Source of the DNA: Rhodospirillales bacterium
Lineage (GTDB): Bacteria; Pseudomonadota; Alphaproteobacteria; Rhodospirillales; Casp-alpha2
Assembly (NCBI GenBank): GCA_965262415.1
Contig: OZ253533.1
Location: forward strand, 1,131,222-1,195,221
Direction of reading: 5' to 3'
DNA length: 64,000 nt
A program made the translations under genes and the position numbers. The notes beneath the pieces are model-generated. The model was given only the letters and a program-made list of their open reading frames with translations, had not been told where the DNA came from and ran no database searches. Numbering within the stretch: position 1 is the stretch's first letter; every line of letters begins with the position of its first letter. Of this stretch, positions 1-9,079 are shown one piece after another.

Positions 1-293
1 CAGCGACCGCATAGGGCAGGCAACCTTTGACCTGGTGAAGCTCGTTGTTAGGACCTCGCCTTGGCAAGAAGAGCCATGGCTATCTCTCGGACAACATCTC
101 GTTCGTCAGTTAGGGGAAATCCGTCAGGAGGAACCAGACGACGATACACGATGACACCCGCCTCGATGATCTCGGGGGTGATCTCAATCTCCGGCGACTC
201 AACTTGTTCAGTCATCTATATAATCACCGGACTATCTACTAGTAGACAACAAAAGGCGTAATGCGGAAGAGGGCGCGGGGGCCAGAACCGGGC

Positions 294-1139
294 TCAGTCC
301 GTTGCCTTGGCCTTGACCCACATCGCCTCGAGGCCGTCGATGTCGTAGTCCTTCATCGACTTGCCGTCCTTTGCGGCCATGTCCTCGACGGCACGGAAGC
401 GGCGTTCGAACTTGAAGATCGTGCGCCTTAGCGCCGTTTCCGGATCCGTGCCCAGCTTGCGGGCGAGATTGACGCAGGTGAACAGCAAGTCGCCCAGTTC
501 GTCCTCAAGCCGGTCGGCGACCGCGGCCGGATCGCCGCCATCGGCGAGCACGTCGCGAACCTCGTCCAGTTCCTCGCGCACCTTGTCGAACACGGGTGCC
601 GGCGTCGGCCAGTCGAAGCCGACCCGCGCCGCACGCTTCTGCAGTTTCTCGGCCCGCATCAGGGCAGGGAGGCCACGGGCCACGTCATCGAGCACAGAGG
701 GCGTGCGTCCCTCGGCCTCGGCCTTGCGGGCCCGCTCGGCCGCTTTCTGGTCTTCCCAGGCGCGGGTCTGCGCATCCGCATCCGCGACGGAACCGTCACC
801 GAACACGTGCGGGTGGCGGATCACCATCTTTTCCGAGATCCCGTGCACCACGTCGGCGTAATCGAAATGACCGGCCTCGGACGCCATCTGGGCATGAAAG
901 ACGACCTGTAACAGAAGGTCGCCAAGCTCACCCTTGAGGCTTTCCATGTCACCTTGCTCGATCGCGTCGGCGACCTCGTAGGCTTCCTCGATCGTGTACG
1001 GCGCGATGGTCGCGAAGTTCTGTTCGACGTCCCACGGGCAGCCGCCATCGGGGTCGCGCAGCTTCGCCATGATGCGCAGCAGATCGTCCGTCGTTGCGGT
1101 GGGCCAGGCGTCGTTCGGGGTCGGCTTGGTGTCGTCCAT
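294..1139 (-). CDS. mazG: Nucleoside triphosphate pyrophosphohydrolase MazG
   Basis: ORF 294..1181(-). Two MazG-type halves are visible (CPWDVEQNFATIAPYTIEEAYEVADAIE and ELGDLLFTCVNLARKLG). Start moved to the ATG at 1139 (MDDTKP), which has GGAAG about 6 nt upstream. Confidence 0.85.
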   Translation of the reverse strand: MDDTKPTPNDAWPTATTDDLLRIMAKLRDPDGGCPWDVEQNFATIAPYTIEEAYEVADAIEQGDMESLKGELGDLLLQVVFHAQMASEAGHFDYADVVHGISEKMVIRHPHVFGDGSVADADAQTRAWEDQKAAERARKAEAEGRTPSVLDDVARGLPALMRAEKLQKRAARVGFDWPTPAPVFDKVREELDEVRDVLADGGDPAAVADRLEDELGDLLFTCVNLARKLGTDPETALRRTIFKFERRFRAVEDMAAKDGKSMKDYDIDGLEAMWVKAKATD

Positions 1140-1313
1140 GGCGCTTCCAATCGCTTCATTTTCCGGGGGGAGCCCCCGCATTCGTACCTACAAAAGTCGC
1201 ATAATGTATATTATGGAAAATTATATACTTTATAATAAAAACAATAACTTATGATCATTCGACTTAACGTCATATAGCGCAGGCAAAAAATAAAAAGCGG
1301 CCGCCAGCGCACG

Positions 1314-2147
1314 TCAGCCGGAAATGGAAATCTCTCCCCCGCGAGATGCAATCTCGACCGTCATACCGTCGAAAGCCGGCACGACATCATCGGGCAAAAA
1401 TGCCATCAGTTCATCGTAATCGATATCGGGCGACATGTGCGTCAGGATCGCCCTTTTCGGTTTCACCCGATCGATCCACTCGAGCGCGAGATCGACATGG
1501 GCATGCGTCCAGTGTTCTTCCCACCGAAACACGCCGATGATCCATACGTCCAAATGCGCATCCGAAAGACGCGTCAGGACATCATCCGTCAGCACCTTCA
1601 CGTCGGTCGAATAGACGCACGATCCGAACTCGAAACCGACCGTTTCCGAATATCCATGATCCTGCAAAAACGAGCCGACACGCACACCGAGGACGTCCAG
1701 AACGTCGCCGGGCTCGAATTCGGTCATGTCGAGCACGGGACGCACGTATACGCCGTTGAAGTCGTCCGGCAGCGGTTTCAGGGTATACGCAAAACATTGC
1801 CGGATATGTGCATGGGTCGCCCGGTTGGCGAACACCGGCAAAGGCCGTTTGATCGCCTTGTTGACGCCCCTGAGGTCGTCGATGCCGTTCATGTGGTCGG
1901 CATGGGCGTGCGTAAAGAGCACCGCATCAACGTCCTCGACACCTGCCCGCAGCAGTTGCTGGCGCAAATCCGGCGACGTGTCGACGAGCAGGCGTTTGCC
2001 GCCCATTTCCACCAGGATCGACTGCCTGAGACGCGTGTTCTTCGGATTGTCAGGATTGCAGCGGCCCCAGCCGATGCCGATCCCGGGCACACCGCTGGAC
2101 GATCCGGTGCCGAGAAACGTAATTTTCGCCCGGGTATCCGCGCTCAT
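1314..2147 (-). CDS. MBL-fold metallo-hydrolase (PhnP/GPMA-like)
   Basis: ITFLGTGSSSGVPG near the N-terminus and the HAHADH metal motif. The start overlaps the upstream stop as ATGA. Confidence 0.85.
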   Translation of the reverse strand: MSADTRAKITFLGTGSSSGVPGIGIGWGRCNPDNPKNTRLRQSILVEMGGKRLLVDTSPDLRQQLLRAGVEDVDAVLFTHAHADHMNGIDDLRGVNKAIKRPLPVFANRATHAHIRQCFAYTLKPLPDDFNGVYVRPVLDMTEFEPGDVLDVLGVRVGSFLQDHGYSETVGFEFGSCVYSTDVKVLTDDVLTRLSDAHLDVWIIGVFRWEEHWTHAHVDLALEWIDRVKPKRAILTHMSPDIDYDELMAFLPDDVVPAFDGMTVEIASRGGEISISG

Positions 2148-2977
2148 GCGGCGTCCGCATCGATGGCGGCGCCGGCCTTGGCGAACAGGCGTTTGAAGTT
2201 GGCTGTCGTGGTCCGCGCGATCTCAGCCGCCGATACGCCACGCACCTCGGCGATCCTGGCCGCGGTAAAGGCCGTGAACGCGGGCTCGTTCCGCTTGCCG
2301 CGGCGCGGCACGGGCGCCAGATAGGGGCTGTCGGTTTCCACCAGAATGCGGTCTTCGGGCAGGATCCTGGCGACATCGCGCAGTTCATCGGCCTTCTTGA
2401 AGGTCACGATGCCGGAAAACGAGATATAGAGGCCGATCCCGACCATCCGTTCGGCCAGTTCCCGCGATGCGCTGAAACAGTGGATCAGGCCTGGGAAAGC
2501 GCCCTTCCCGTGCTCCTCCTCGAGAATTCGGATGGTATCGGTGTCGGCATCGCGGGTATGCACGATCAGCGGCAGACCGGTACGGCGCGCCGCCTCGATA
2601 TGCGTGCGGAACTGGCGTTCCTGCACGTCGCGCGGGCTGTGCTCGTAATAGAAATCGAGCCCCGTCTCGCCGATGCCGACGACTTTCGGGTGATTGGTCA
2701 ATTCGACCAGCTCGTCGGCGGAGACTTCCTTTTCGGTGCCGGCCTCGTGCGGATGGATGCCGACGGTGCAGAACACGTTCGGAAAACGCTCGGCGACGGC
2801 GCGTACGCCCTCGAACCGGCTCAGATGCGTCGAGATCGTTACCATGTGCGATATTCCGGCGCGACCGGCGCGCGCCACGACCTCGTCCAGTTCCTCGCCG
2901 AAATCCGGGAAATCCAGATGGCAGTGGCTGTCGATCAGCGGCGTCTCGAACACGGGCGGTTGTTTGCTGTCTGTCAT
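2144..2977 (-). CDS. TatD-family metal-dependent hydrolase
   Basis: LIDSHCHLDFPDF start motif, then GIHPHEA and VETDSPYLAP. Start taken at MTDSKQ (2977); the ORF extends to 3004. Confidence 0.85.
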   Translation of the reverse strand: MTDSKQPPVFETPLIDSHCHLDFPDFGEELDEVVARAGRAGISHMVTISTHLSRFEGVRAVAERFPNVFCTVGIHPHEAGTEKEVSADELVELTNHPKVVGIGETGLDFYYEHSPRDVQERQFRTHIEAARRTGLPLIVHTRDADTDTIRILEEEHGKGAFPGLIHCFSASRELAERMVGIGLYISFSGIVTFKKADELRDVARILPEDRILVETDSPYLAPVPRRGKRNEPAFTAFTAARIAEVRGVSAAEIARTTTANFKRLFAKAGAAIDADAA

Positions 2978-3085
2978 GTGGGCCATGTTGGCCAAGCAGG
3001 TCATGGAGTCAAGGAAACCGGCGTCACCCCGGCGCAGGCCGGGGTCCAGGAAAGCCTAAACGACGCCATTCAACATTCTTGCGCG

Positions 3086-3114
3086 CTGGATTCCGGCCTT
3101 CGCCGGAATGGCGG
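3086..3114. repeat. Half-copy of repeat family C: perfect 8-bp hairpin attccggc-cttc-gccggaat
   Basis: ctggattccggccttcgccggaatggcgg resembles the 3' half of the elements at 37274 and 39471. It lies just downstream of the metG stop. Confidence 0.5.
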
Positions 3115-3134
3115 GCAAGCAACGACGTCGGGGT

Positions 3135-4688
3135 TTAGGACTGTTCTTCCTCAACGAAGCGGGGGAAAACCCCTTCCGGTTTGGGCAGCTCGGCGCCGGG
3201 CTTGAGTGCGCCCGAGTCGCCGAGCGCCTCGAAACCGCGCGCATCAGCCGGCACACCAAGCTGATCCAGCATCTTCGACATCGTATCCGGCATCACCGGC
3301 TGGCACAGGACCGCCAGATGGCGGATGGTCTCGGCCAGCACGTAAAGCACTGTTTCCATGCGCGCCGGGTCTTCCTTGCGCAGTTTCCACGGCGCCTGAT
3401 GATCAACATAGGCGTTGGCGGCGCGGATCACGGTCCAGATCGCCTCCAGGGCATGGTTGAAGGCCTGCCGGTCCATATGCTCGCGGACGGCAGCCAGCAG
3501 GGCCTGTGCCTGGCCCAGCAGCGCATTGTCGTCGTCGACCAGTTCGCCCGGCGTCGGCACTTTCCCGTCGCAGTTCTTGGTGATCATCGACAACACGCGC
3601 TGCGCCAGGTTGCCGAAGTCGTTGGCCAGCTCGCCGTTCATGCGGTTGACCATAGCGGTGTGCGAGAAATCGCCGTCATTGCCGAACGGCACCTCGCGCA
3701 GCAGGAAGTAGCGCACCTGATCGAGGCCGTACTTGCCCGCAAGCTCGATCGGATCGATGACGTTGCCCAGCGACTTGGATATCTTCTGGCCCTCATTCGT
3801 CCACCAGCCGTGCGCGAACACGCGTTTCGGCGGCTCCAGCCCGGCCGCCATCAGGAACGCCGGCCAGTAGACGGCATGAAAGCGCAGGATGTCCTTGCCG
3901 ACCATGTGCAGATCGGCTGGCCAGTATTTGGCGTAATTGCCGCTTTCCGTTTCCGGATAGCCGACAGCGGTGATGTAGTTGGTCAGCGCGTCCAACCACA
4001 CATACATGATATGTGCGTCGTCGCCCGGCACCTTGACGCCCCAGTTGAAGGTGGTGCGCGAGATCGAAAGATCGTTGAGGCCGCCCTTCACGAAGCTCGT
4101 CACCTCGTTCCTGCGGCTTTCCGGCAGAATGAAGTCCGGGTTGGCGTCGTAGTGCGCCAGAAGCCGGTCGCCCCATTCGGACAGCTTGAAGAAGTAGCTC
4201 GGCTCCTCGACCCATTCCACTTCGGCGCCCGACGGCGCGATGCGCTTGCCGTCCGGCGTCTTGGTCAGCTCGTCCTCGCCATAGAATGCTTCGTCGCGGA
4301 CCGCGTACCAGCCGCCGTAGTTGTCGAGGTAGATATCGCCCGCCTCCTCCAGCTTCTTCCAGATCGCCTGACACGCCTTGATGTGCCGGTCCTCGGTCGT
4401 GCGAATGAAGTCGTCGTGGCTGAAGTTCATGAAATCCGCCAGGTCGCGGAAGTTCTGCGACACCTCGTCGGTGAAGGTCTGCGGGTCCTTGCCCGCCGCC
4501 TGCGCCGATTTCTCCACCTTCTGGCCGTGCTCGTCGGTGCCGGTCAGGAAACGCACGTCGAAGCCGTCGAGGCGCTTGAAACGCGCCAACACGTCGCACG
4601 CCAGCGTCGTGTACGCATGGCCGATATGCGGCGCATCGTTGACGTAGTAGATCGGCGTCGTGACGTAGTAGGTCGGCTTGTCGGACAT
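3135..4688 (-). CDS. metG: Methionyl-tRNA synthetase
   Basis: YYVTTPIYYVNDAPHIGHAYTT (HIGH motif) and KISKSLGN (KMSKS motif). Start at MSDKPTYY. Confidence 0.93.
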   Translation of the reverse strand: MSDKPTYYVTTPIYYVNDAPHIGHAYTTLACDVLARFKRLDGFDVRFLTGTDEHGQKVEKSAQAAGKDPQTFTDEVSQNFRDLADFMNFSHDDFIRTTEDRHIKACQAIWKKLEEAGDIYLDNYGGWYAVRDEAFYGEDELTKTPDGKRIAPSGAEVEWVEEPSYFFKLSEWGDRLLAHYDANPDFILPESRRNEVTSFVKGGLNDLSISRTTFNWGVKVPGDDAHIMYVWLDALTNYITAVGYPETESGNYAKYWPADLHMVGKDILRFHAVYWPAFLMAAGLEPPKRVFAHGWWTNEGQKISKSLGNVIDPIELAGKYGLDQVRYFLLREVPFGNDGDFSHTAMVNRMNGELANDFGNLAQRVLSMITKNCDGKVPTPGELVDDDNALLGQAQALLAAVREHMDRQAFNHALEAIWTVIRAANAYVDHQAPWKLRKEDPARMETVLYVLAETIRHLAVLCQPVMPDTMSKMLDQLGVPADARGFEALGDSGALKPGAELPKPEGVFPRFVEEEQS

Positions 4689-4770
4689 CGGTGTTCCCTG
4701 GGAAATTTCCATGCGAAAATCGCGCCTTTAGGTACGGTGCAAGGGGCTTGCGGTCAAGCTTCGCCTCATT

Positions 4771-4910
4771 CGTCATCCCGGACGCGAAGGCGCTCCAAAT
4801 CATTGATTTGGATAGCGACGTCCGCGATCCGGGACCCAATTCTGATCACCGTCGGCTCGAAACATGGGCCCCGGGTCTCGGCGGCAATGCCGCCATCGCC
4901 CGGGATGACG
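4771..4910. repeat. Intergenic palindromic repeat, family A, copy 1 (MITE-like, about 140 bp)
   Basis: Terminal inverted repeats cgtcatcccggacg ... cgcccgggatgacg. Internal blocks gatccgggaccca and gggccccgggtctcggcggcaatgccg are shared with 21395..21537. Confidence 0.75.
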
Positions 4911-4923
4911 ATATAGTTTGAGT

Positions 4924-6045
4924 TTAAGCCAGCGACAGGAACAGCGACAGGATGACCTGTTTGCGATCCAGGTTCAGCGGATCGGCGCTGCGGATCATGC
5001 TTTCCGCCTGATCGAGACGTGCCAGCCAGATCGGCAGGATCGCCGTCGCCGCGGCACGCTGGGCAATCCCCTGCTCTTCTGCGCTCAGGCTCGCATCCCC
5101 CTCGGCACCTCGCGAGGCTGCTAGGACGACCCGCGACAGCCACCAGCGATAAAGCTCGATCCCGGAGTAATAGGCGTCGTCGGCACCCGCCTTAGAAAGC
5201 TTGGTCCCCAGTGCCTGCACCGCCGCGCCGTCCAGATTTGGCAGCGACGCAAAGATATTAACCACATCCCGGTAAATTTCGAGTCCGCCGCCTGCCGCCA
5301 GCGACATTGCGCGGCCGATGCTGCCTTCCGAAAGCCGCGCCAGCTCGTGTGCCTCACCGGCGGCGACCTCGGGCATGTGCCGGGTCATCAGGTCCGTCAC
5401 CTGCTCGATCGAAAGCGGCTTCAGCGACAGCGTGCGGCAGCGCGACCGGGTCGTCGGCAACAGCCGGCCCGGGTTGTGGCTGACCATGATGATGACGCAA
5501 TGCGCGGGCGGCTCTTCAAGAATTTTCAGAAACGCGTTCTCCGACGAGCGGTTCATCAGTTCCGCACCGTCGACGATGATGACCTTGTAGCCGCCCTCGC
5601 TCGATGTCAGGTGCGCGAAGTCGATGGCGGCACGCACATCCTCGACGCGGATCTGCGTCGACAGCTTGCCGCGGTCGTTGAGCTTGCGTTCCACGGTCAT
5701 AAGATCGCCGTGACCACCGGACGCGACGCGGTGGAACACCGGGCGTTCCGGATCGACGTAGAGGCTATCGGGAAGCTCGGCCGGGATATCGTCATCGGCG
5801 AACAGGCCGCCTGCCGCCGAGGTCCCGGCACCCGGTGCATGTGTGAACAGATAACGCGCGAAACGGAACGCCAGCGTCGCCTTGCCGATGCCCTTGGGCC
5901 CCGTGAACAGCCACGCGTGCGGCAGCCGGCCACCGGCGACGGCATTCAGAAGCGTGTGTTCTGCATCCGCATGACCGATCAGGTCGGCGGTATGGCGCGG
6001 GCCGGAGTCTTCGTCATCGAGGACCTGCGCCGTCTCCGCGTTCAT
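4924..6045 (-). CDS. holB: DNA polymerase III delta-prime subunit
   Basis: LPHAWLFTGPKGIGKATLA Walker-like motif and SRCR zinc-module remnant (TTRSRCRTLSL). Start overlaps the tmk stop (ATGA). Confidence 0.85.
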   Translation of the reverse strand: MNAETAQVLDDEDSGPRHTADLIGHADAEHTLLNAVAGGRLPHAWLFTGPKGIGKATLAFRFARYLFTHAPGAGTSAAGGLFADDDIPAELPDSLYVDPERPVFHRVASGGHGDLMTVERKLNDRGKLSTQIRVEDVRAAIDFAHLTSSEGGYKVIIVDGAELMNRSSENAFLKILEEPPAHCVIIMVSHNPGRLLPTTRSRCRTLSLKPLSIEQVTDLMTRHMPEVAAGEAHELARLSEGSIGRAMSLAAGGGLEIYRDVVNIFASLPNLDGAAVQALGTKLSKAGADDAYYSGIELYRWWLSRVVLAASRGAEGDASLSAEEQGIAQRAAATAILPIWLARLDQAESMIRSADPLNLDRKQVILSLFLSLA

Positions 6046-6713
6046 GAGAGCGATACTCCCAGCATTTCGGAAACGGTTCTGCGTACATTTTCCGCCACGG
6101 CCTCGATATCTCCGGATGCATCGATCACGCGGCAGCGTACTGGTTCCAGCTTCGCGATTTCAAGAAACCCGTCGCGCAGACGATGATGGAAATCCCTTTC
6201 CATGCGCTCAAACCGGTCCTCCGCGCTCCCCGCCTCCACCAGCCGTTTCCCGGCACGGGCCAGGCCATCAGTTACATCCAGGTCCAGAATCAGTGTCAGG
6301 TCTGGCTTGAAGTCTCCGAGTACGGCTTGATGAATGCCTGTGATGCGCGCCGGTTCGACACCGCCGCCGTAACCCTGATAGGCCATGGTGGAATCGGAAA
6401 ACCGGTCGGAGATCACCCAGTCGCCGCGTTCAAGCGCGGGACGGACAGTCTGGCGGACATGCATGTCCCGCGCCGCGTAGTTAAGCAGCACCTCGGCCAT
6501 CGGCGACCAGCGGTCAACAGCCCCCGAAACCAGTAGCTCACGGATGACTTCGGCTTCAGGCGCACCACCGGGCTCGCGGGTGACGACGACGGTCTGCCCG
6601 GCGCGTTCCAGTGCCGCCGCGAGCATTTTCACCTGGGTCGATTTGCCACCACCCTCGCCGCCTTCGAAGGTTATGAACTTTCCTTGTTCTGGTCTGCCTC
6701 CCGGACCGCTCAT
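6042..6713 (-). CDS. tmk: Thymidylate kinase
   Basis: FITFEGGEGGGKSTQ P-loop and DRFSDSTMAYQG motif. Confidence 0.92.
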   Translation of the reverse strand: MSGPGGRPEQGKFITFEGGEGGGKSTQVKMLAAALERAGQTVVVTREPGGAPEAEVIRELLVSGAVDRWSPMAEVLLNYAARDMHVRQTVRPALERGDWVISDRFSDSTMAYQGYGGGVEPARITGIHQAVLGDFKPDLTLILDLDVTDGLARAGKRLVEAGSAEDRFERMERDFHHRLRDGFLEIAKLEPVRCRVIDASGDIEAVAENVRRTVSEMLGVSLS

Positions 6714-6725
6714 TTCAGGCGCGCC

Positions 6726-7901
6726 TCAACCGCTCTCGCCCCAGAGCAGGAACTCGAGCGCGGCGCCCAGCCGCCCGAACATCCCGAGTTGGCCGACGTC
6801 GGCCGCCGATGTCAGCGGCGTTTCGATGGTTTCGAAACCGGGCGCCTCGACGGTTAGCGTGCCGATCTGCTGGCCGGCCGCGAGCGGCGCCGGGATCGGC
6901 GATGCGTAACGCACCGTGACCTTCATGTTGCGCCGCGCCTTCCGGGTCATGGTGATGTGCACGTCGCGGGTGATCTTCATCTCCACGGTCGGTGCCGTGC
7001 CGAGCCAGACGGGCGCGATTTCCACGGTATCGCCGGCCTTGAAGAGTGCGTAGTTGCCGAACTCGCGGAATCCCCAATCCAGCAGCCGCGCCGACTCGGT
7101 CGAACGCGCCCTGTTGCTTTCGAGACCGTTGACCACGACGATCAATCTGCGATCGCCCTGCGTCGCGGTCCCGGTCAGACCGTAACCAGCTTCCTCGGTA
7201 TGGCCCGTCTTCATCCCGTCCGCGCCCGCATAGCCGTACAGCAGCGGGTTGCGATTGGCCTGCCGGATGTCGTTGAAGGTAAATTCGCGTTCCGAGTAGT
7301 AGTGAAAGTATTCGGGGAAATCGTTGATCGTGCGTTCCGCCAGTATGGCGAGATCAAGGGCGGAGGTGCGGTGCTCCGGATGCGGCCACCCGGTCGCGTT
7401 GGCAAACGTCGAATTCATCATGCCGAGTTCGCGCGCCTTGTCGGTCATGCGTTTGGCGAAGGCTTCCTCGGAGCCGGCGAGGTTTTCCGCGACGACGATG
7501 CAGGCATCGTTGCCGGACTGCACGATGATACCGCGGATCAGGTCCTCGACCTTTACCTCGGAATTCGGCGGCAGAAACATGGTCGAGGATCCGCTCTTGG
7601 CGCCACCCGTGCGCCAGGCGTTTTCCGACACCCGGAACTTGTCCTCGAGCGAAACGCGGCCGTCCTTGAGGCTCTCGAACAGCATGTACACCGTCATCAT
7701 CTTGCTCATGGATGCGGGCGGCATACTCGTAGCGCCGTCCTTGTTCAGAAGCACGGTGTTGGTCTGCGGGTCGAGGAGGATGGCCTCCCGGGCCTGTGTT
7801 TCAATCCCCTGCGCCGCGCCTTTCGCGGGGAGCACAAGGGCGCCGGCGAAGAGCGCGAAAATCGCAATCGCCGTTCCGGTGGTCGATTTTATGTTCTGCA
7901 T
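6726..7901 (-). CDS. D-alanyl-D-alanine carboxypeptidase (PBP5/6 class, S11)
   Basis: Signal peptide plus active-site motifs PASMSKMMT (SxxK), SGND (SxN) and KTGHT (KTG). Confidence 0.88.
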   Translation of the reverse strand: MQNIKSTTGTAIAIFALFAGALVLPAKGAAQGIETQAREAILLDPQTNTVLLNKDGATSMPPASMSKMMTVYMLFESLKDGRVSLEDKFRVSENAWRTGGAKSGSSTMFLPPNSEVKVEDLIRGIIVQSGNDACIVVAENLAGSEEAFAKRMTDKARELGMMNSTFANATGWPHPEHRTSALDLAILAERTINDFPEYFHYYSEREFTFNDIRQANRNPLLYGYAGADGMKTGHTEEAGYGLTGTATQGDRRLIVVVNGLESNRARSTESARLLDWGFREFGNYALFKAGDTVEIAPVWLGTAPTVEMKITRDVHITMTRKARRNMKVTVRYASPIPAPLAAGQQIGTLTVEAPGFETIETPLTSAADVGQLGMFGRLGAALEFLLWGESG

Positions 7902-7943
7902 AACTCCATACTAGGCCATGAACTTTGTCGATTTCGTGACGCG

Positions 7944-8960
7944 TCAGTCGACGATGATACGGGCATCGGGAAAACCGGTACCGATGACCTGCGCCAGCAC
8001 ATCATCTGCGTTTTGCACATCCGCGATCGGCCCGACGCGGACGCGGTAAAGGTCCTTGCCGTTGATCAGCACCTGATCGAGAAACACGCTGCCGAGCGGC
8101 GACAGCCGCGCCCGCACCTTGTTGGCATTCTCGTATATGCCGAAGGCACCCGCCTGAACGTATATCGATGTCGGTTTGACCGGTTCCTGGCGGACGGCGG
8201 CCTCCGGGTTCGAATTCAGCGCCACGGTCTCGGACGGCGCGGTGGTGTTCGGGATTGTGCCGGTCGGGCTGAGCGGATCGGCCGACGCGGTCTCGATCGT
8301 CTGCGACGGCGGCGTCCCGCTTACCGAGGGCGACGCTTCGGCACCGCCGGGAGCCGGCAGGGATTCCGCGCTCACACTCGCTTTCGGCAATTTGTCTACG
8401 GTGATCGGCGATCCGACGCGCGCCAGATCCTCGCGGTTCTGCAGCCGGGCCGCCACGGCGCGCGACTGATCGGCGAGAATCTGCACACGGACGCGTGCCG
8501 TTCCCTGCTGCTGGAAGCCCAGCAGTTGCGAGCCGCGCCGAGAGATATCGATGATCCGGCCTTTCGCGAAGGGGCCGCGGTCGTTGACCTTGAGCACCAG
8601 CGAGCGGCCGTTCTCGAGGTTCGTCACACGCACGAAACTGGGCATCGGCAACGTACGGTGCGCCGCCGTCAGCGCGTTCATGTCGTACTCTTCGCCGTTC
8701 GCCGTGAGCTTGCCGTGGAAGGCGGCACCGTACCACGACGCGATGCCCGTTTCGTCGTATTCGTAGTCTTCCTCGGGGTGATACCAGATGCCGTCGATCT
8801 GGTAGGGCTTGCCGACCTTGTAATAGCCGTCGGCGGGCGCTTCGTCGCTGCGCGAGACCCGTTTCGCGGTATGGATCAGAAACTGGGTTTCCGCGCAACC
8901 GGCCAGGAGCAGCAGGACGGCACTCATCGCGCCGATGATCCGAAGTCGCGGTGCCCTCAT
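7944..8960 (-). CDS. rlpA: Septal-ring lytic transglycosylase RlpA-family lipoprotein with C-terminal SPOR domain
   Basis: Lipobox LLLAGC. DPBB core GIASWYGAAFHGKLTANGEEYD ... VRVTNLENGRSLVLKVNDRGPF. SPOR-like C-terminus IYVQAGAFGIYENANKV. Start at MRAPRL. Confidence 0.85.
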   Translation of the reverse strand: MRAPRLRIIGAMSAVLLLLAGCAETQFLIHTAKRVSRSDEAPADGYYKVGKPYQIDGIWYHPEEDYEYDETGIASWYGAAFHGKLTANGEEYDMNALTAAHRTLPMPSFVRVTNLENGRSLVLKVNDRGPFAKGRIIDISRRGSQLLGFQQQGTARVRVQILADQSRAVAARLQNREDLARVGSPITVDKLPKASVSAESLPAPGGAEASPSVSGTPPSQTIETASADPLSPTGTIPNTTAPSETVALNSNPEAAVRQEPVKPTSIYVQAGAFGIYENANKVRARLSPLGSVFLDQVLINGKDLYRVRVGPIADVQNADDVLAQVIGTGFPDARIIVD

Positions 8961-9079
8961 TTCCGTGCTGTCCCCACGTCCTGCTCCCCTTTCAACATGC
9001 ACCGTATCTTGCCATAGCGTGCATTTGAATCACATCATCTTGTGTCACAAAACGAACCGAACCTCAACGTCCGCTTTGC

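Noticed and set aside
48-215. 55-codon minus-strand ORF (MTEQVESPEIEITPEIIEAGVIVYRRLVPPDGFPLTDERDVVREIAMALLAKARS) at the window edge
   Set aside because: The amino-acid composition is plausible. However, there is no Shine-Dalgarno, no recognisable motif, and the context is truncated by the window edge. This is not enough to call a gene.
3108-4916. 602-aa ORF on the plus strand, with many shorter ORFs in the same region
   Set aside because: It lies entirely antisense to metG, which has unambiguous HIGH/KMSKS motifs. The translation is Arg/Ala/Gly-rich, as expected for a shadow frame in GC-rich DNA.
6957-9017. 686-aa plus-strand ORF
   Set aside because: Antisense to the DD-carboxypeptidase and rlpA genes. 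It has low-complexity Arg/Gly-rich content and no motif.
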